From Macrostomum lignano (lineage: Eukaryota), in the NCBI GenBank assembly GCA_002269645.1, contig NIVC01002950.1, positions 64,919 to 128,918 on the forward strand: a stretch of DNA of 64,000 nucleotides, written 5' to 3'. The notes under the pieces were generated by a model. It ran no database searches. It was not told where the DNA came from and worked only from the letters and a program-made list of their open reading frames with translations. The position numbers and the translations under genes were made by a program. Of this stretch, positions 24,630 through 36,760 are shown piece by piece (positions within the stretch are counted from its first letter, which is position 1; each line of letters starts with the position of its first letter).

Positions 24630-27600
24630 GGTGTGTTATACAAGGTGTGTTATGAGAGTTGCGTTATGCCAAGTGTGTTATGCAAGGTGTGTTATGGAAG
24701 GTGCGTTATGCCAAGTGTGTTATGCACTCTGTATTATGCAAGATGTGTTATGCCAAGTATGTCATGTGCGGTGTGTTATGTAATCTGTGTTCTGCGAGGT
24801 GTGTTTTCCCAAGTGTATCATGTTAGGTGTGTTATGCAAGGTGTGTTATGCAAGGTGTGTTATGCAAGGTGTGTGTTATGCAAGGTGTGTGTTGTGCAAG
24901 GTGTGTGTTATGCGGTGTGTGTTGTGCAAGGTGTGTGTTATGCGGTGTGTGTTATGCAAGGTGTGTGTTGTGCAAGGTGTCTGTTATGCAAGGTGTGTGT
25001 TGTGCAAGGTGTGTGTTATGCGGTGTGTGTTATGCAAGGTGTGTGTTGTGCAAGGTGTGTGTTGTGCAAGGTGTGTGTTGTGCAAGGTGTGTGTTATGCA
25101 AGGTGTGTGTTGTGCAAGGTGTATGTTATGCAAGGTGTGTGTTGTGCACGGTGTGTGTTATGCAAGGTGTGTGTTGTGCAAGGTGTGTGTTATGCAAGGT
25201 GTGTGTTGTGCAAGGTGTGTGTTGTGCAAGGTGTGTGTTATGCAAGGTGTGTGTTGTGCAAGGTGTGTGTTATGCGGTGTGTGTTGTGCAAGGTGTGTGT
25301 TATGCGGTGTGTGTTATGCAAGGTGTGTGTTATGCAAGGTGTGTGTTGTGCACGGTGTGTGTTATGCAAGGTGTGTGTTGTGCACGGTGTGTGTTATGCA
25401 AGGTGTGTGTTGTGCAAGGTGTGTGTTATGCAAGGTGTGTGTTGTGCAAGGTGTGTGTTATGCAAGGTGTGTGTTATGCGGTGTGTGTTATGCAAGGTGT
25501 GTGTTGTGCACGGTGTGTGTTATGCAAGGTGTGTGTTGTGCAAGGTGTGTGTTGTGCACGGTGTGTGTTATGCAAGGTGTGTGTTGTGCAAGGTGTGTGT
25601 TATGCAAGGTGTGTGTTGTGCAAGGTGTGTGTTGTGCAAGGTGTGTGTTATGCAAGGTATGTGTTGTGCAAGGTGTGTGTTGTGCAAGGTGTGTGTTATG
25701 CAAGGTGTGTGTTGTGCAAGGTGTGTGTTGTGCAAGGTGTGTGTTATGCGGTGTGTGTTGTGCAAGGTGTGTGTTATGCGGTGTGTGTTGTGCAAGGTGT
25801 GTGTTATGCGGTGTGTGTTGTGCAAGGTGTGTGTTATGCAAGGTGTGTGTTGTGCAAGGTGTGTGTTATGCAAGGTGTGTGTTGTGCAAGGTGTGTGTTG
25901 TGCAAGGTGTGTGTTATGCAAGGTGTGTGTTGTGCAAGGTGTGTGTTGTGCAAGGTGTGTGTTGTGCAAGGTGTGTGTTATGCAAGGTGTGTGTTGTGCA
26001 AGGTGTGTGTTGTGCAAGGTGTGTGTTGTGCAAGGTGTGTGTTATGCAAGGTGTGTGTTATGCAAGGTGTGTGTTGTGCAAGGTGTGTGTTGTGCACGGT
26101 GTGTGTTATGCAAGGTGTGTGTTGTGCACGGTGTGTGTTATGCAAGGTGTGTGTTGTGCAAGGTGTGTGTTGTGCAAGGTGTGTGTTATGCAAGGTGTGT
26201 GTTGTGCACGGTGTGTGTTATGCAAGGTGTGTGTTGTGCAAGGTGTGTGTTGTGCAAGGTGTGTGTTATGCAAGGTGTGTGTTATGCAAGGTGTGTGTTA
26301 TGCAAGGTGTGTGTTGTGCGGTGTGTGTTGTGCAAGGTGTGTGTTGTGCGGTGTGTGTTATGCAAGGTGTGTGTTGTGCACGGTGTGTTATGCAAGGTGT
26401 GTGTTGTGCAAGGTGTGTGTTATGCAAGGTGTGTGTTATGCGGTGTGTGTTATGCAAGGTGTGTGTTGTGCACGGTGTGTGTTATGCAAGGTGTGTGTTG
26501 TGCAAGGTGTGTGTTGTGCACGGTGTGTGTTATGCAAGGTGTGTGTTGTGCAAGGTGTGTGTTATGCAAGGTGTGTGTTGTGCAAGGTGTGTGTTATGCA
26601 AGGTGTGTGTTGTGCAAGGTGTGTGTTGTGCAAGGTGTGTGTTATGCAAGGTGTGTGTTGTGCAAGGTGTGTGTTATGCAAGGTGTGTGTTATGCAAGGT
26701 GTGTGTTGCAAGGTGTGTGTTGTGCAAGGTGTGTGTTGTGCACGGTGTGTGTTATGCAAGGTGTGTGTTGTGCACGGTGTGTGTTGTGCAAGGTGTGTGT
26801 TGTGCAAGGTGTGTGTTGTGCAAGGTGTGTGTTGTGCAAGGTGTGTGTTATGCAAGGTGTGTGTTGTGCACGGTGTGTATTATGCAAGGTGTGTGTTGTG
26901 CAAGGTGTGTGTTGTGCAAGGTGTGTGTTATGCAAGGTGTGTGTTGTGCAAGGTGTGTGTTATGCAAGGTGTGTGTTATGCAAGGTGTGTGTTGTGCACG
27001 GTGTGTGTTATGCAAGGTGTGTGTTGTGCACGGTGTGTGTTGTGCAAGGTGTGTGTTGTGCAAGGTGTGTGTTGTGCAAGGTGTGTGTTATGCAAGGTGT
27101 GTTATCCAAGCTGTGTCATGCGAGCTGTGTTATGCAAGCTGTGTCATGCAATGCTGTGCTTTATGCAAGATTTGTTATGTAAGATGTGTTGTGCAAGGTG
27201 TGTTATGCAAGGTGTGTGTTATGCAAGGTGTGTGTTATGCAAGGTGTGTGTTATGCAAGGTGTGTGTTGTGCAAGGTGTGTGTTGTGCAAGGTGTGTTAT
27301 GCAAGGTGTGTGTTATGCAAGGTGTGTGTTATGCAAGGTGTGTGTTATGCAAGGTGTGTGTTATGCAAGGTGTGTGTTGTGCGGTGTGTGTTGTGCAAGG
27401 TGTGTGTTGTGCGGTGTGTGTTATGCAAGGTGTGTGTTGTGCACGGTGTGTTATGCAAGGTGTGTGTTGTGCAAGGTGTGTTATGCAAGGTGTGTGTTAT
27501 GCAAGGTGTGTGTTATGCAAGGTGTGTGTTGTGCAAGGTGTGTGTTGTGCAAGGTGTGTGTTGTGCACGGTGTGTGTTGTGCGGTGTGTGTTGTGCAAGG

Positions 27601-27897
27601 TGTGTGTTGTGCACGGTGTGTGTTGTGCACGGTGTGTGTTGTGCAAGGTGTGTGTTGTGCGGTGTGTGTTGTGCGGTGTGTGTTGTGCAAGGTGTGTGTT
27701 GTGCGGTGTGTGTTATGCAAGGTGTGTGTTGTGCACGGTGTGTGTTATGCAAGGTGTGTGTTGTGCAAGGTGTGTGTTATGCAAGGTGTGTGTTATGCGG
27801 TGTGTGTTGTGCAAGGTGTGTGTTTTGCGGTGTGTGTTGTGCAAGGTGTGTGTTATGCAAGGTGTGTGTTGTGCAAGGTGTGTTATGCGGTGTGTGT
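24630..27897. repeat. ~3.3 kb 16 bp GT-rich minisatellite (GCAAGGTGTGTGTTRT) with 14 bp and GCACGG variants
   Basis: Direct reading; degenerate at the edges and at ~27100-27190. Ends ~100 nt before the acceptor at 27994. Confidence 0.98.
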
Positions 27898-27993
27898 ACT
27901 ACTAATGCATATTCTAGTCCGTACTTGCCCCGGAGCTGAGCATGCATAATCTGACCGCACTAATCCCAGCCTTTCTGTCCCCATCCCATTCAG

Positions 27994-28732
27994 GAGCTGG
28001 CAAATCTTGACGCATCAGCTGACGCGCAGGAGGTTCTGTGGCAGCTGGCCTGGCACAGCTGGTTGCGCATAGCACAGCAGGGCTCACTGCCCAGGCCTGG
28101 GCCTCCAATACTAGTGCCGTCGCAAGACTTCCTAACCAGCCTGTGCCGTCTGCTGCCCTGCCTGTTTAACCGGGTTACTACCTCGTTTGGTCAGGCCGAC
28201 TTTACTCAACTATCAGCTGGTCTGAGCCAGGCTTTAGTCTGTCCGATTCTGTCCGACTCCAGGGCACCGTATATTCTGCCAACTAACTATTTTGACAGCG
28301 GCTTGACACCGTTGCAAGAGTCTGTGATTGCCGCGCTGGAAACTTTAGCCAGAGCTTTCCTATTGGGTCCAGAGAGTCTGCGACCGCAGCTGCCAAACTT
28401 CTTCAACCTGCTATCAGTTTACGCTAACTACGCTGTGCACACGCCTAAGCCAGCCAAGCTGACTCCAGCTGCGGACAATCGGGCAGAAAATTTTGTCTCG
28501 TTAAGCTACGTAGCTTTCGGCGAGCGCTGCTTTGAACTGATGGTTGATTTGTACAAAGACTGCGCTAGTCAGCCTGTGGTTGTGCGAGCTGCCGTTTTGG
28601 AGGGCATGTACAAAGCTCTGAGGCAGCCTCTGTGCATCAAGTATAATTGTCCGTCTCAGTCTACTTGGCGCTTGGCTTACAAATGTTTGACTAGTTTAAT
28701 AGTTTGCGGCACTCCAGTTGCTAGGCAGCATG
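27994..28732 (+). CDS. MON2: MON2 exon
   Basis: ELANL...LWQLAWHSWLRI...VPSQDFLTSL...LTPLQESVIAAL...LSYVAFGERCFELMVDLY...PLCIKYNCPSQSTW...PVARQH. Acceptor ttcag|GAG, donor G|gtgag, phase 1. Confidence 0.94.
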
Positions 28733-28854
28733 GTGAGGCTGTTTCCGGAATTTTGATTTTTAACTGGCGTGTTGTTCTTTTATTTGTTGTCACGGCCGGG
28801 TGTCATTGTGGGTAAGGAGAGGAAATCTATCCGAGGAAAGGATCATAGAGTAGT

Positions 28855-29533
28855 ACTGGTCACATCACTGAATAGTCATAGAGGGTAGCAACGGTGTGTC
28901 ATCACTGAATGGTCATAGAGGGTAGCAACGGTGTGTCATGGTCATAAAGTGTAGCAACGGTGTGCCATCACTGAATGGTCATAGAGGGTAGCAACGGTGT
29001 GTCATCACTGAATGGTCATAGAAGAGGGTAGCAACGGTGTGTCATGGTCATAGAGGGTAGCAACGGTGTGCCATCACTGAATGGTCATAGAGGGTAGCAA
29101 CGGTGTGTCATCACTGAATGGTCATAGAAGAGGGTAGCAACGGTGTGTCATGGTCATAGAGGGTAGCAACGGTATGCCATCACTGAATGGTCATAGAGGG
29201 TAGCACTGGTGTCATGGTCATAGAGGGTAGCAACAGTGTGCCATCACTGAATGGTCATAGAGGGTAGCAACGGTGTGTCATCACTGAATGGTCATAGAGG
29301 GTAGCAACGGTGTGTCATCACTGAATGGTCATAGAAGAGGGTAGCAACGGTGTGTCATGGTCATAGAGGGTAGCAACGGTATGCCATCACTGAATGGTCA
29401 TAGAGGGTAGCACTGGTGTCATGGTCATAGAGGGTAGCAACAGTGTGCCATCACTGAATGGTCATAGAGGGTAGCAACGGTGTGTCATCACTGAATGGTC
29501 ATAGAGGGTAGCAACGGTGTGTCATCACTGAAA
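28855..29533. repeat. 37 bp minisatellite (TCACTGAATGGTCATAGAGGGTAGCAACGGTGTGTCA) with 29 bp deletion variants
   Basis: Direct reading; starts ~120 nt after the donor at 28732. Confidence 0.95.
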
Positions 29534-30404
29534 GCTATGATGACTTCGATAAGTTATAGAAGCCCAAGCTTGCAGGCGCGTAACAACTTGCTAATTTTTT
29601 CAGCAATAATGTACATTAGCCAGTCCACTGAATGTACATGGCAATTCCGAGAAAGCTGGAAAGCTGGAATTCCGAGAAAGGCAATAAAAAGTGGGGCTGG
29701 TGTGGAAAGCGCAGTTGGAGGGTTTAAGCTGGGGCGGGGGTAAGAGCCAATAAATGAGCCTTGTCTTTAAAAATACAATAAAATGCTTCTGTTCAACTTA
29801 CTACTGAACTGAAAGTAGCTTACACGCAAACGTGCTGACTGGCCCATTTAGTTATTCTACTCGTAGTATCTCTGTGTCTGTGAATAAGACTTACTTCAGT
29901 CTACTAAAAAATTCTTACGTGGATTTGCCACACTAACTACTGTATAACATCATATAAGTGCAACTAAGAAGGCCTATTATGAGATGAAAATTGATTTTGC
30001 TTGAAACAATTCTGCAGCAGCGGACATGCAGACGAATGTTGCAGTGTCTGCATCAGCAAATGAGTCTTCTGCGAACGCTTCAGCTGTCCAGAAGACAGCT
30101 GCTCCCAGCTGGCATCATCAGTTGCGCAATCATTTCATTAAGCGCTCGTTGGAATCTAATGATCCCTATAGTGGGTGGCCGTTTGTTATCAATTAAATTT
30201 AATTGTTTTACTAATTGTTTGAGTTATTCTTCTCAGTTGTGAGTTTTTGGTCGCAGATGTTTCTAAAACTAGATTGATTGCCTTTGCCTTGCCTTAGCGT
30301 GCCTTTTTAAAGGATATTTTAAGTTTCTTAACTCGAAAACAGCCGTATCTGGCTTTCTAAAAGCTGACCCATTACGCTCGTAACTTAGCATTTTCACCCT
30401 GCCC

Positions 30405-30642
30405 AGACAGACACCAGGACAGACACAAGCAGTATGACATATCTAAGACAGATACTCTAGGACAGACACTAGGGCAGACACCAAGACAGACACTAAGGCA
30501 GACACCAAGACAGACACTAAAACAGAGACTAGGACAGACACTAGGGCAGACACCAAGACAGACACTAAGGCAGACACCAAGACAGACACTAAGACAGAGA
30601 CTAGGACAAACACTAGGACAGACACTAAGACAGACACTAAGA
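30405..30642. repeat. 12 bp minisatellite (AGACAGACACTA-like)
   Basis: Direct reading. Confidence 0.9.
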
Positions 30643-30854
30643 TTATTTGACTATATAAAAACTGAAAATAGAAATGAGAGCACTGGACCAGTCCTTATTT
30701 GTTGGTAATTCCATCCTTCGAATGCGAATAATTCATGCTTAAATGTCTACCATGGTGCATTGGATTTTTTAAGAATGTCTTCTGCTGGCTGAGGAATCGA
30801 TCTAATTGGCTTTTATAATTTGTTCTTTCTTCTATTTGTTGCTTTACTTTGACG

Positions 30855-31225
30855 TCTCTCCTTTACTGCTCTCTGATCATTGGCTGAGCCAGGTTGGGCC
30901 TGCTCCTAGCCTGAGTTTCGTCCAGCTGACTTTCCCTTTCTTCTTACTGCTCTCTCATTGGCTGAGCCAGGTTGGGCCTGCTCCTAGCCTGAGTTTCGTC
31001 CAGCTGACTTTCCCTCTCTCCTTACTGCTCTCTCATTGGCTGAGCCAGGTTGGGCCTGCTTCTAGCCTGAGTTTCGTCCAGCTGACTTTCCCTCTCTCCT
31101 TACTGCTCTCTCATTGGCTGAGCCAGGTTGGGCCTGCTTCTAGCCTGAGTTTCGTCCAGCTGACTTTCCCTCTCTCCTTACTGCTCTCTCATTGGCTGAG
31201 CCAGATAGGGCCTGCCCCCTAGGCT
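30855..31225. repeat. 78 bp tandem repeat, ~4.5 copies, each with an inverted CCAAT (CATTGGCT)
   Basis: GCTGAGCCAG recurs at 30883, 30961, 31039, 31117, 31195. Confidence 0.95.
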
Positions 31226-31478
31226 CAGTTTCTTTGTCTTTCGTTCACTTGGTCACATTCGAGTTTATGTTTGGCTTTTCTTTGGAAAGGAAAGGAAAGA
31301 CTATATGAGACAATGTTTTGCTACAAAACGTGCAATGTTAAAAATAGTCTACATAATAAAGGATTTTTAATGCAAAATTCGATCATGATAATAATTCACG
31401 ATAAAAAGAATAATTCGATCACGTCGGTGTCAATCAATCTGTGCATCAAAACTTTTCTCACCCTTCAAACTTTACCAG

Positions 31479-32209
31479 CCGACCATTTCTCCGGCATGTG
31501 GGACGCCCTAGCCCAAGCTATCGAGGATTTCCTGTTCGCTCCGCACAAATACCCGCCCGGACTGACTGTGGAAGATTTCGAAGAGCACGAAGCGTTAGAC
31601 TGCGCCCTAGTAACGCTGGTTCGCGACACTTTCCTATCTAGACCAGACGGTGTGCCAGTCCAGTTTGTTGACCGAATGATTGCCCTGCTGAACAGGGGCA
31701 GCATTCACAGTGTGCCAGTCAGTGCGGCCGCCAGCGACCTCGAGCTGCACCGTTGGCTGCGCGAGGAACTGGCTCAGCTGTGCTTTCACACTTTGCTGTC
31801 TTATTCGTTTTCTGTTGAAGCAAATGGCGCCGCTACAGGCGGCGGCGGCGGCAGCGGCGGTGAAGCCCGCGGCGCGGTGTCCAGAGCCGCTGTTCGCACC
31901 ATTCTGACTCGGTGTCGCGATGTCCTGCGTAAATTTGTCGACGACCAACGCCTGTCGGGTCATTGTCCGCTGCCTAGGGCGCGTCTAACTGAAGTTGGCT
32001 TGTCATTGAAAGCTCTATCCTCTTTGCTGACTGCCTTCAAAGCTGCACCGCAGGATCGCGTTGACCCGCAGGCGTGGCAGATCCTGCTAGACACTTATCC
32101 TGCTGTGGTGGAGGCTGTGCTGCCCAACTGTACCAACTTTCTCAAGCCCCTGAAAGAGCTGCTTCATCTCTACTCTGATCTGCTGCGGGTGCCACAGTCG
32201 GCCGAGTAG
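31479..32209 (+). CDS. MON2: MON2 last exon
   Basis: FSGMWDALAQAIEDFLF...LLNRGSIHS...LREELAQLCFHTLL...DQRLSGHCPLPR...stop TAG. Acceptor accag|CC completes a GCC codon. The five exons sum to 2514 nt = 837 aa plus stop. Confidence 0.96.
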
Positions 32210-33361
32210 ATTATTATTAACTACTAATTATCATTAATTACATGTGTAATTATCGTTTAGACAGAATTGAATTGAACAAATGCTGGTATCAACATTCCCT
32301 AGTTATCGTTATGGATTTATATTTTATTATTTATTAATCGGTGTTGGATGTGTAGAGTAGTAATTAAAATCAACAATATGCATGCACATTATTTGCATAG
32401 TTCTCTGTGATTCTAATGATACTCATGTATTGAATGCCAGTAACATTGTTCTGCAACTGTTGCTAAAATGCGATCAACTACACTACTTTTCTGTTTAGTA
32501 GTATATAATCTCAATTTAAAAATTTTTTTTTGCCTTGCAAAATAGTATAGCAAAACTTCTAAATCTACTGAATAGGAATTAGGTGAGACATTGGCGAGAG
32601 AAAACCAATAATACAGTTTAATAGAATTAATTATCCAGCTTTGTAGGGTGTCTTTTCATTTTACCTCCCTAAAGCATGTTCTAAGCATTAACCTTCTTAG
32701 TAACTTATCTCAGTATATTGTTCACACTTGCTTTCTCAGATTGTCGATTTCTTGAACCAATATTATATCAACTCTCTGTAGTTATATATATGATGTATTA
32801 AGTTCTTTTTGTATAATTGGTGATTGATAATTTTTTTTGTTTGCACTCTGCCAAATAATATTATTTATAGGAACAGAAAAGGATGCATTGGTAATGTTTA
32901 ATCAGATCGTCAAGAACAATTTAAATGTTTAAAAGCCGAATTTTCAAATCTATTTATTGGTTTCTATCTGACCGAACATTATGTCAATGACAGTGGGTAA
33001 TTGACAGTAGAACCACTATCTATCTATAAGATGTCACCTGTTGAAGGTCCAGGAGCTCCGCCTGGGTGAAAGTCAGAGCTGATGCAGACACATCGATCGA
33101 TCAGCGGTCGACATGCTGATGAAATTTAAAGGCTTGGCAAGGCTGCAAGACTTTAACTCGACTTAATTTGGGTTTCTCATCCTTTAAGTTTCAAGTTGGT
33201 ATATACGTCAGATTGTGGAACTATTAGTTTGAAAGTTATTTTGGATAGTTTCTTAGGATTTTGTGTCTTCAACATGAGGCATGCTAGATATTCTCCGAAA
33301 TCTTATTCTAATATACGTCGTAAACACACTACAAGCATTAATCTTATTCAGTGTATTGACT

Positions 33362-33588
33362 CTAAGCTGTGTCATCCGAAGAGAATTCCGCTTCAACAGC
33401 CATCCTCTTTGATGTCCAAATTGCCGCCTCTTGTGGAGGACAGAAATTCAAATTACTTTCCGGATACTCGATCCAAAAGTAGCCTTTGCGCGCGACTTTA
33501 ATTAGATAGTCTACTGCTTTGTTGAGCTCATCGTTTTGCTGGTCATTTGAGCCCTGGCTGCGTTGATCCAATGTAAAGAGAAGCGTAC
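33362..33588 (-). CDS. Unrecognised protein, last exon
   Basis: Acceptor ttttcacag|GT, phase 1, joins ...DSKNC|TLLFTLDQRSQG...VDYLIKVARKGYFWIEYP...stop. The frame is consistent across the intron. Confidence 0.65.
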
Positions 33589-33651
33589 CTGTGAAAATAA
33601 AATTGGTTCAGTGTGATTTTTGTTTTGATTTGACTTGATTTGACTCTGGAT

Positions 33652-34650
33652 GGTAGAAAGGGGTGGTGGGTTTGACTGGATTCTTTTGGCTCTAGAGGGT
33701 AGAAGGATCATGGGGTGGTGGGTTTGACTGGATTCTTTTGGCTCTAGAGGGTAGAAGGATCATGGGGTAGTGGGTTTGACTGGATTCTTTTGGCTCTAGA
33801 GGGTAGAAGGATCATGGGGTAGTGGGTTTGACTGGATTCTTTTGGCTCTAGAGGGTAGAAGGATCATGGGGTAGTGGGTTTGACTGGATTCTTTTGGCTC
33901 TAGAGGGTAGAAGGATCATGGGGTAGTGGGTTTGACTGGATTCTTTTGGCTCTAGAGGGTAGAAGGATCATGGGGTAGTGGGTTTGACTGGATTCTTTTG
34001 GCTCTAGAGGGTAGAAGGATCATGGGGTAGTGGGTTTGACTGGATTCTTTTGGCTCTAGAGGGTAGAAGGATCATTGGGTGGTGGGTTTGACTGGATTCT
34101 TTTGGCTCTAGAGGGTAGAAGGATCATGGGGTAGTGGGTTTGACTGGATTCTTTTGGCTCTAGAGGGTAGAAGGATCATGGGGTAGTGGGTTTGACTGGA
34201 TTCTTTTGGCTCTAGAGGGTAGAAGGATCATTGGGTGGTGGGTTTGACTGGATTCTTTTGGCTCTAGAAGGTAGAAGGATCATGGGGTAGTGAGTTTGAC
34301 TGGATTCTTTTGGCTCTAGAGGGTAGAAGGATCATGGGGTAGTGGGTTTGACTGGATTCTTTTGGCTCTAGAGGGTAGAAGGATCATTGGGTGGTGGGTT
34401 TGACTGGATTCTTTTGGCTCTAGAGGGTAGAAGGATCATGGGGTGGTGGGTTTGACTGGATTCTTTTGGCTCTAGAGGGTAGAAGGATCATTGGGTGGTG
34501 GGTTTGACTGGATTCTTTTGGCTCTAGAGGGTAGAAGGATCATTGGGTGGTGGGTTTGACTGGATTCTTTTGGCTCTAGAGGGTAGAAGGATCATGGGGT
34601 GGTGGGTTTGACTGGATTCTTTTGGCTCTAGAGGGTAGAAGAATCATGGA
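33652..34650. repeat. 52 bp minisatellite (GGGTRGTGGGTTTGACTGGATTCTTTTGGCTCTAGAGGGTAGAAGGATCATG), ~19 copies
   Basis: Direct reading; fills ~90% of the 1100 nt intron 33589-34688. Confidence 0.98.
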
Positions 34651-34688
34651 AGAAGGATGAGAAGGATCATGGAGTGGGTCTGACTCAC

Positions 34689-34911
34689 AATTCTTGCTGT
34701 CATATTTCGTCCAAATAACTCTTAGTCCAGCTGTCAGGTAGCTGTTAACTAATTGGCGTTCGACGTTGAGCTCAAATCGAGCCAGCACGCACTCGGGTTT
34801 GTCATCGGTCCATTTCAATTCGTTGTGCAGCAGGTCTTTGCTAAATCCGATACCCAATGTGACCAATTGACTGCCTAGGCTAGCGGCAAATAGTCGGCGC
34901 TCTTCGGCCAT
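34689..34911 (-). CDS. Unrecognised protein, exon starting MAEERRLFAASLGSQ
   Basis: ATG directly follows an acceptor-like aatcccag. Donor T|gtgag. With the last exon it gives 149 aa. Confidence 0.65.
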
Positions 34912-35218
34912 CTGGGATTTAAGGCCATGGTTTTTTTTAATTGATTTTAGCGATCGTGAGTTCAATAGCAAGATTGGCTATACCTACTAATGTACAACCG
35001 CGAGACATCGTCAACTATTGACTGTTAGATAACATATAAGATAAGGAGCCACACCTGCTGATAAGCAGCTCTTATCTTGACTTAGCTGCAGGGCTGTCCC
35101 GGAGGGGACACAGCGGGAAGGCGCGGGCGCCCATTCCGCTAATCCCTGAACAGCAGCTCTTATCTGTAAGTTAATTCAAGATGAGAGTTGATCAACTCGA
35201 AAAAAGTACACACTGTAC

Positions 35219-35719
35219 CGTCAGCGTTAAAGCCACCATCTTCTTGCTGCCAGCCGCTTCCAGCAATCCGTCCGGACTTGCGGCTGCTAACTTGCCCAGT
35301 CCGTCTCGTGGACTGCAGCAACAGCAGCAGCTCCCGCCGCCGCCGCCGCCGCCACTGCTGTCCTTGCGCAACTGCGCCGACATGAGACCGGCGATTGTCC
35401 AAACGGCCGATCCAATCGACGAGGCACCGGTGTTGGTGACGGCGGCGGATGCGAGGCTGTCATCGCGCGGATGTCGCCTTTCGCTGGAGGCTGCCACGCC
35501 AACCAAGGAGCGGTGGACCGCTTGAGCTCGGAGCAGCAGCTCGTGCAACGGCGTTGACAGAGGACTGCCAATGATAGGCAGGTCTTCACTGCCTGGCGGT
35601 GACATGGGCTGCATGATTTGACTAAATTTATATGACAGCTCGTTGCAGAGTGCATGTAAGCCTTGCTTTAGCTCTGATTTGGTTCTTAAGACTGTCGTCT
35701 CAAGTTTAGTTTGATTCAA
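35219..35719 (-). CDS. Probable upstream coding exon of the same unrecognised gene (Gly/Cys/Ala runs)
   Basis: GC-rich ORF with exon-like codon usage. Donor ACG|gtacag at 35219/35218 is phase 0 and can join cccag|ATG at 34911 in frame. The start is uncertain. Confidence 0.45.
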
Positions 35720-36159
35720 TTGTTTTCATAGTCTATGGCTTTGACTACTGATTTCTTTGTTTGATAGACACCGTCTGAATTCGGTAGCTCGGTCACTAAC
35801 TCACTCACTCACTCATGCAGACGCACACGCATACACACAACAACAACAGCAAAGCTGCGGCCGCGGTGGCAATCTCCCGTTTCTTTTGGTCAGGGAACAT
35901 CAGGAAGACGGGAGGAGTACAGACGTCTAGTGACGATAGGCAGAAAGCCAGCGGACTGCTCCTTTGAAGCAATATCCCTCAAAATTAATCGAGCAGATTT
36001 GTGTGGATGGCGATGGATCTTTTCATCTCAACGCTATCAGCCACTTGTTCCTCATTTTCCTGTCCTTTGAAAAAGTATGGAAGGACAGTCTCCCCCAGAG
36101 ACACCGCTGCGTTGTTTCAACGAGCCATGCAACAGCTCTTTTTCTTTCTCTCAGCAATT

Positions 36160-36760
36160 TGGACGACTTCCCGGCTGCAATTTTCTGCCGAGGCACTGAC
36201 GGACAGGCGCTGACGAGGCTTCCGTTCTGTCAGCAGTTCGTCTACCTCGGCGGTCTGGTGCCTGACGTTCGCGAGGATCTGCGACGTCGCCGTGGACTTT
36301 CCTGGGGTGCCTTCCGTTCCGTGAGGGCTGTCCTGCAGTCCGAGGCCCTACCTGACCGCCAGAGGGTGGCGTCGTTCCAGGCGGTGATTGAGACCGTCCT
36401 GTTGTACAACGCCGAGACCTGGACGCTGACGGATTCGCCCGAACACTGGCCTGCTTCGCGCCGCCTCCAAGATCGGCTGCGAGCGAGTCACCAAAGCGCC
36501 ACTCTATCGCAGCACTGGCCTGCTCCGTCCCAGCAAACTGTTGCGCCGTCGGCGACTCCAGCTGGCAGGCCATTTTATCCAAGCCGAGTCGTACTGCCCA
36601 CAGCCTGTGTAGGAGGTGCTGCTGCTGACGCTGCAGGCACCCTACTGCCGGGGGCAGGCGCGCACTCGGCGTTTCGTCGACTGCCTGCTGGTTGACGCCG
36701 GCGCCCCAGACACTGCCGGCGGTGCTGTTCTTGCTGTTCTTGCATTTTGTTTTGGGGGGT
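36160..36760 (+). mobile_element. Decayed non-LTR retrotransposon (RTE-like LINE) ORF2 3' fragment
   Basis: FVYLGG (end of RT), FQAVIETVLLYNAETWTLT, then after a frameshift at ~36445 LLRRRRLQLAGHF, with an in-frame TAG at ~36609. These are typical post-RT motifs of the RTE clade. Confidence 0.85.

Noticed and set aside
24633-27949. Cys/Val-rich ~1000 aa ORFs resembling metallothionein or keratin-associated proteins, and HNTH ORFs
   Set aside because: All three plus-strand frames are open because the 16 bp unit has no stops; the sequence is intronic to MON2.
30806-31222. 26 aa repeat protein ORF (SHWLSQVGPA...)
   Set aside because: 78 bp intronic tandem repeat; it does not fit the MON2 exon chain, which is complete without it.
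35964-36150. ICVDGDGSF, resembling a thiamine-diphosphate-binding motif or a USP N-terminus
   Set aside because: There is no downstream NN at the expected spacing and no other enzyme or USP motifs. It is simply open frame upstream of the LINE fragment.
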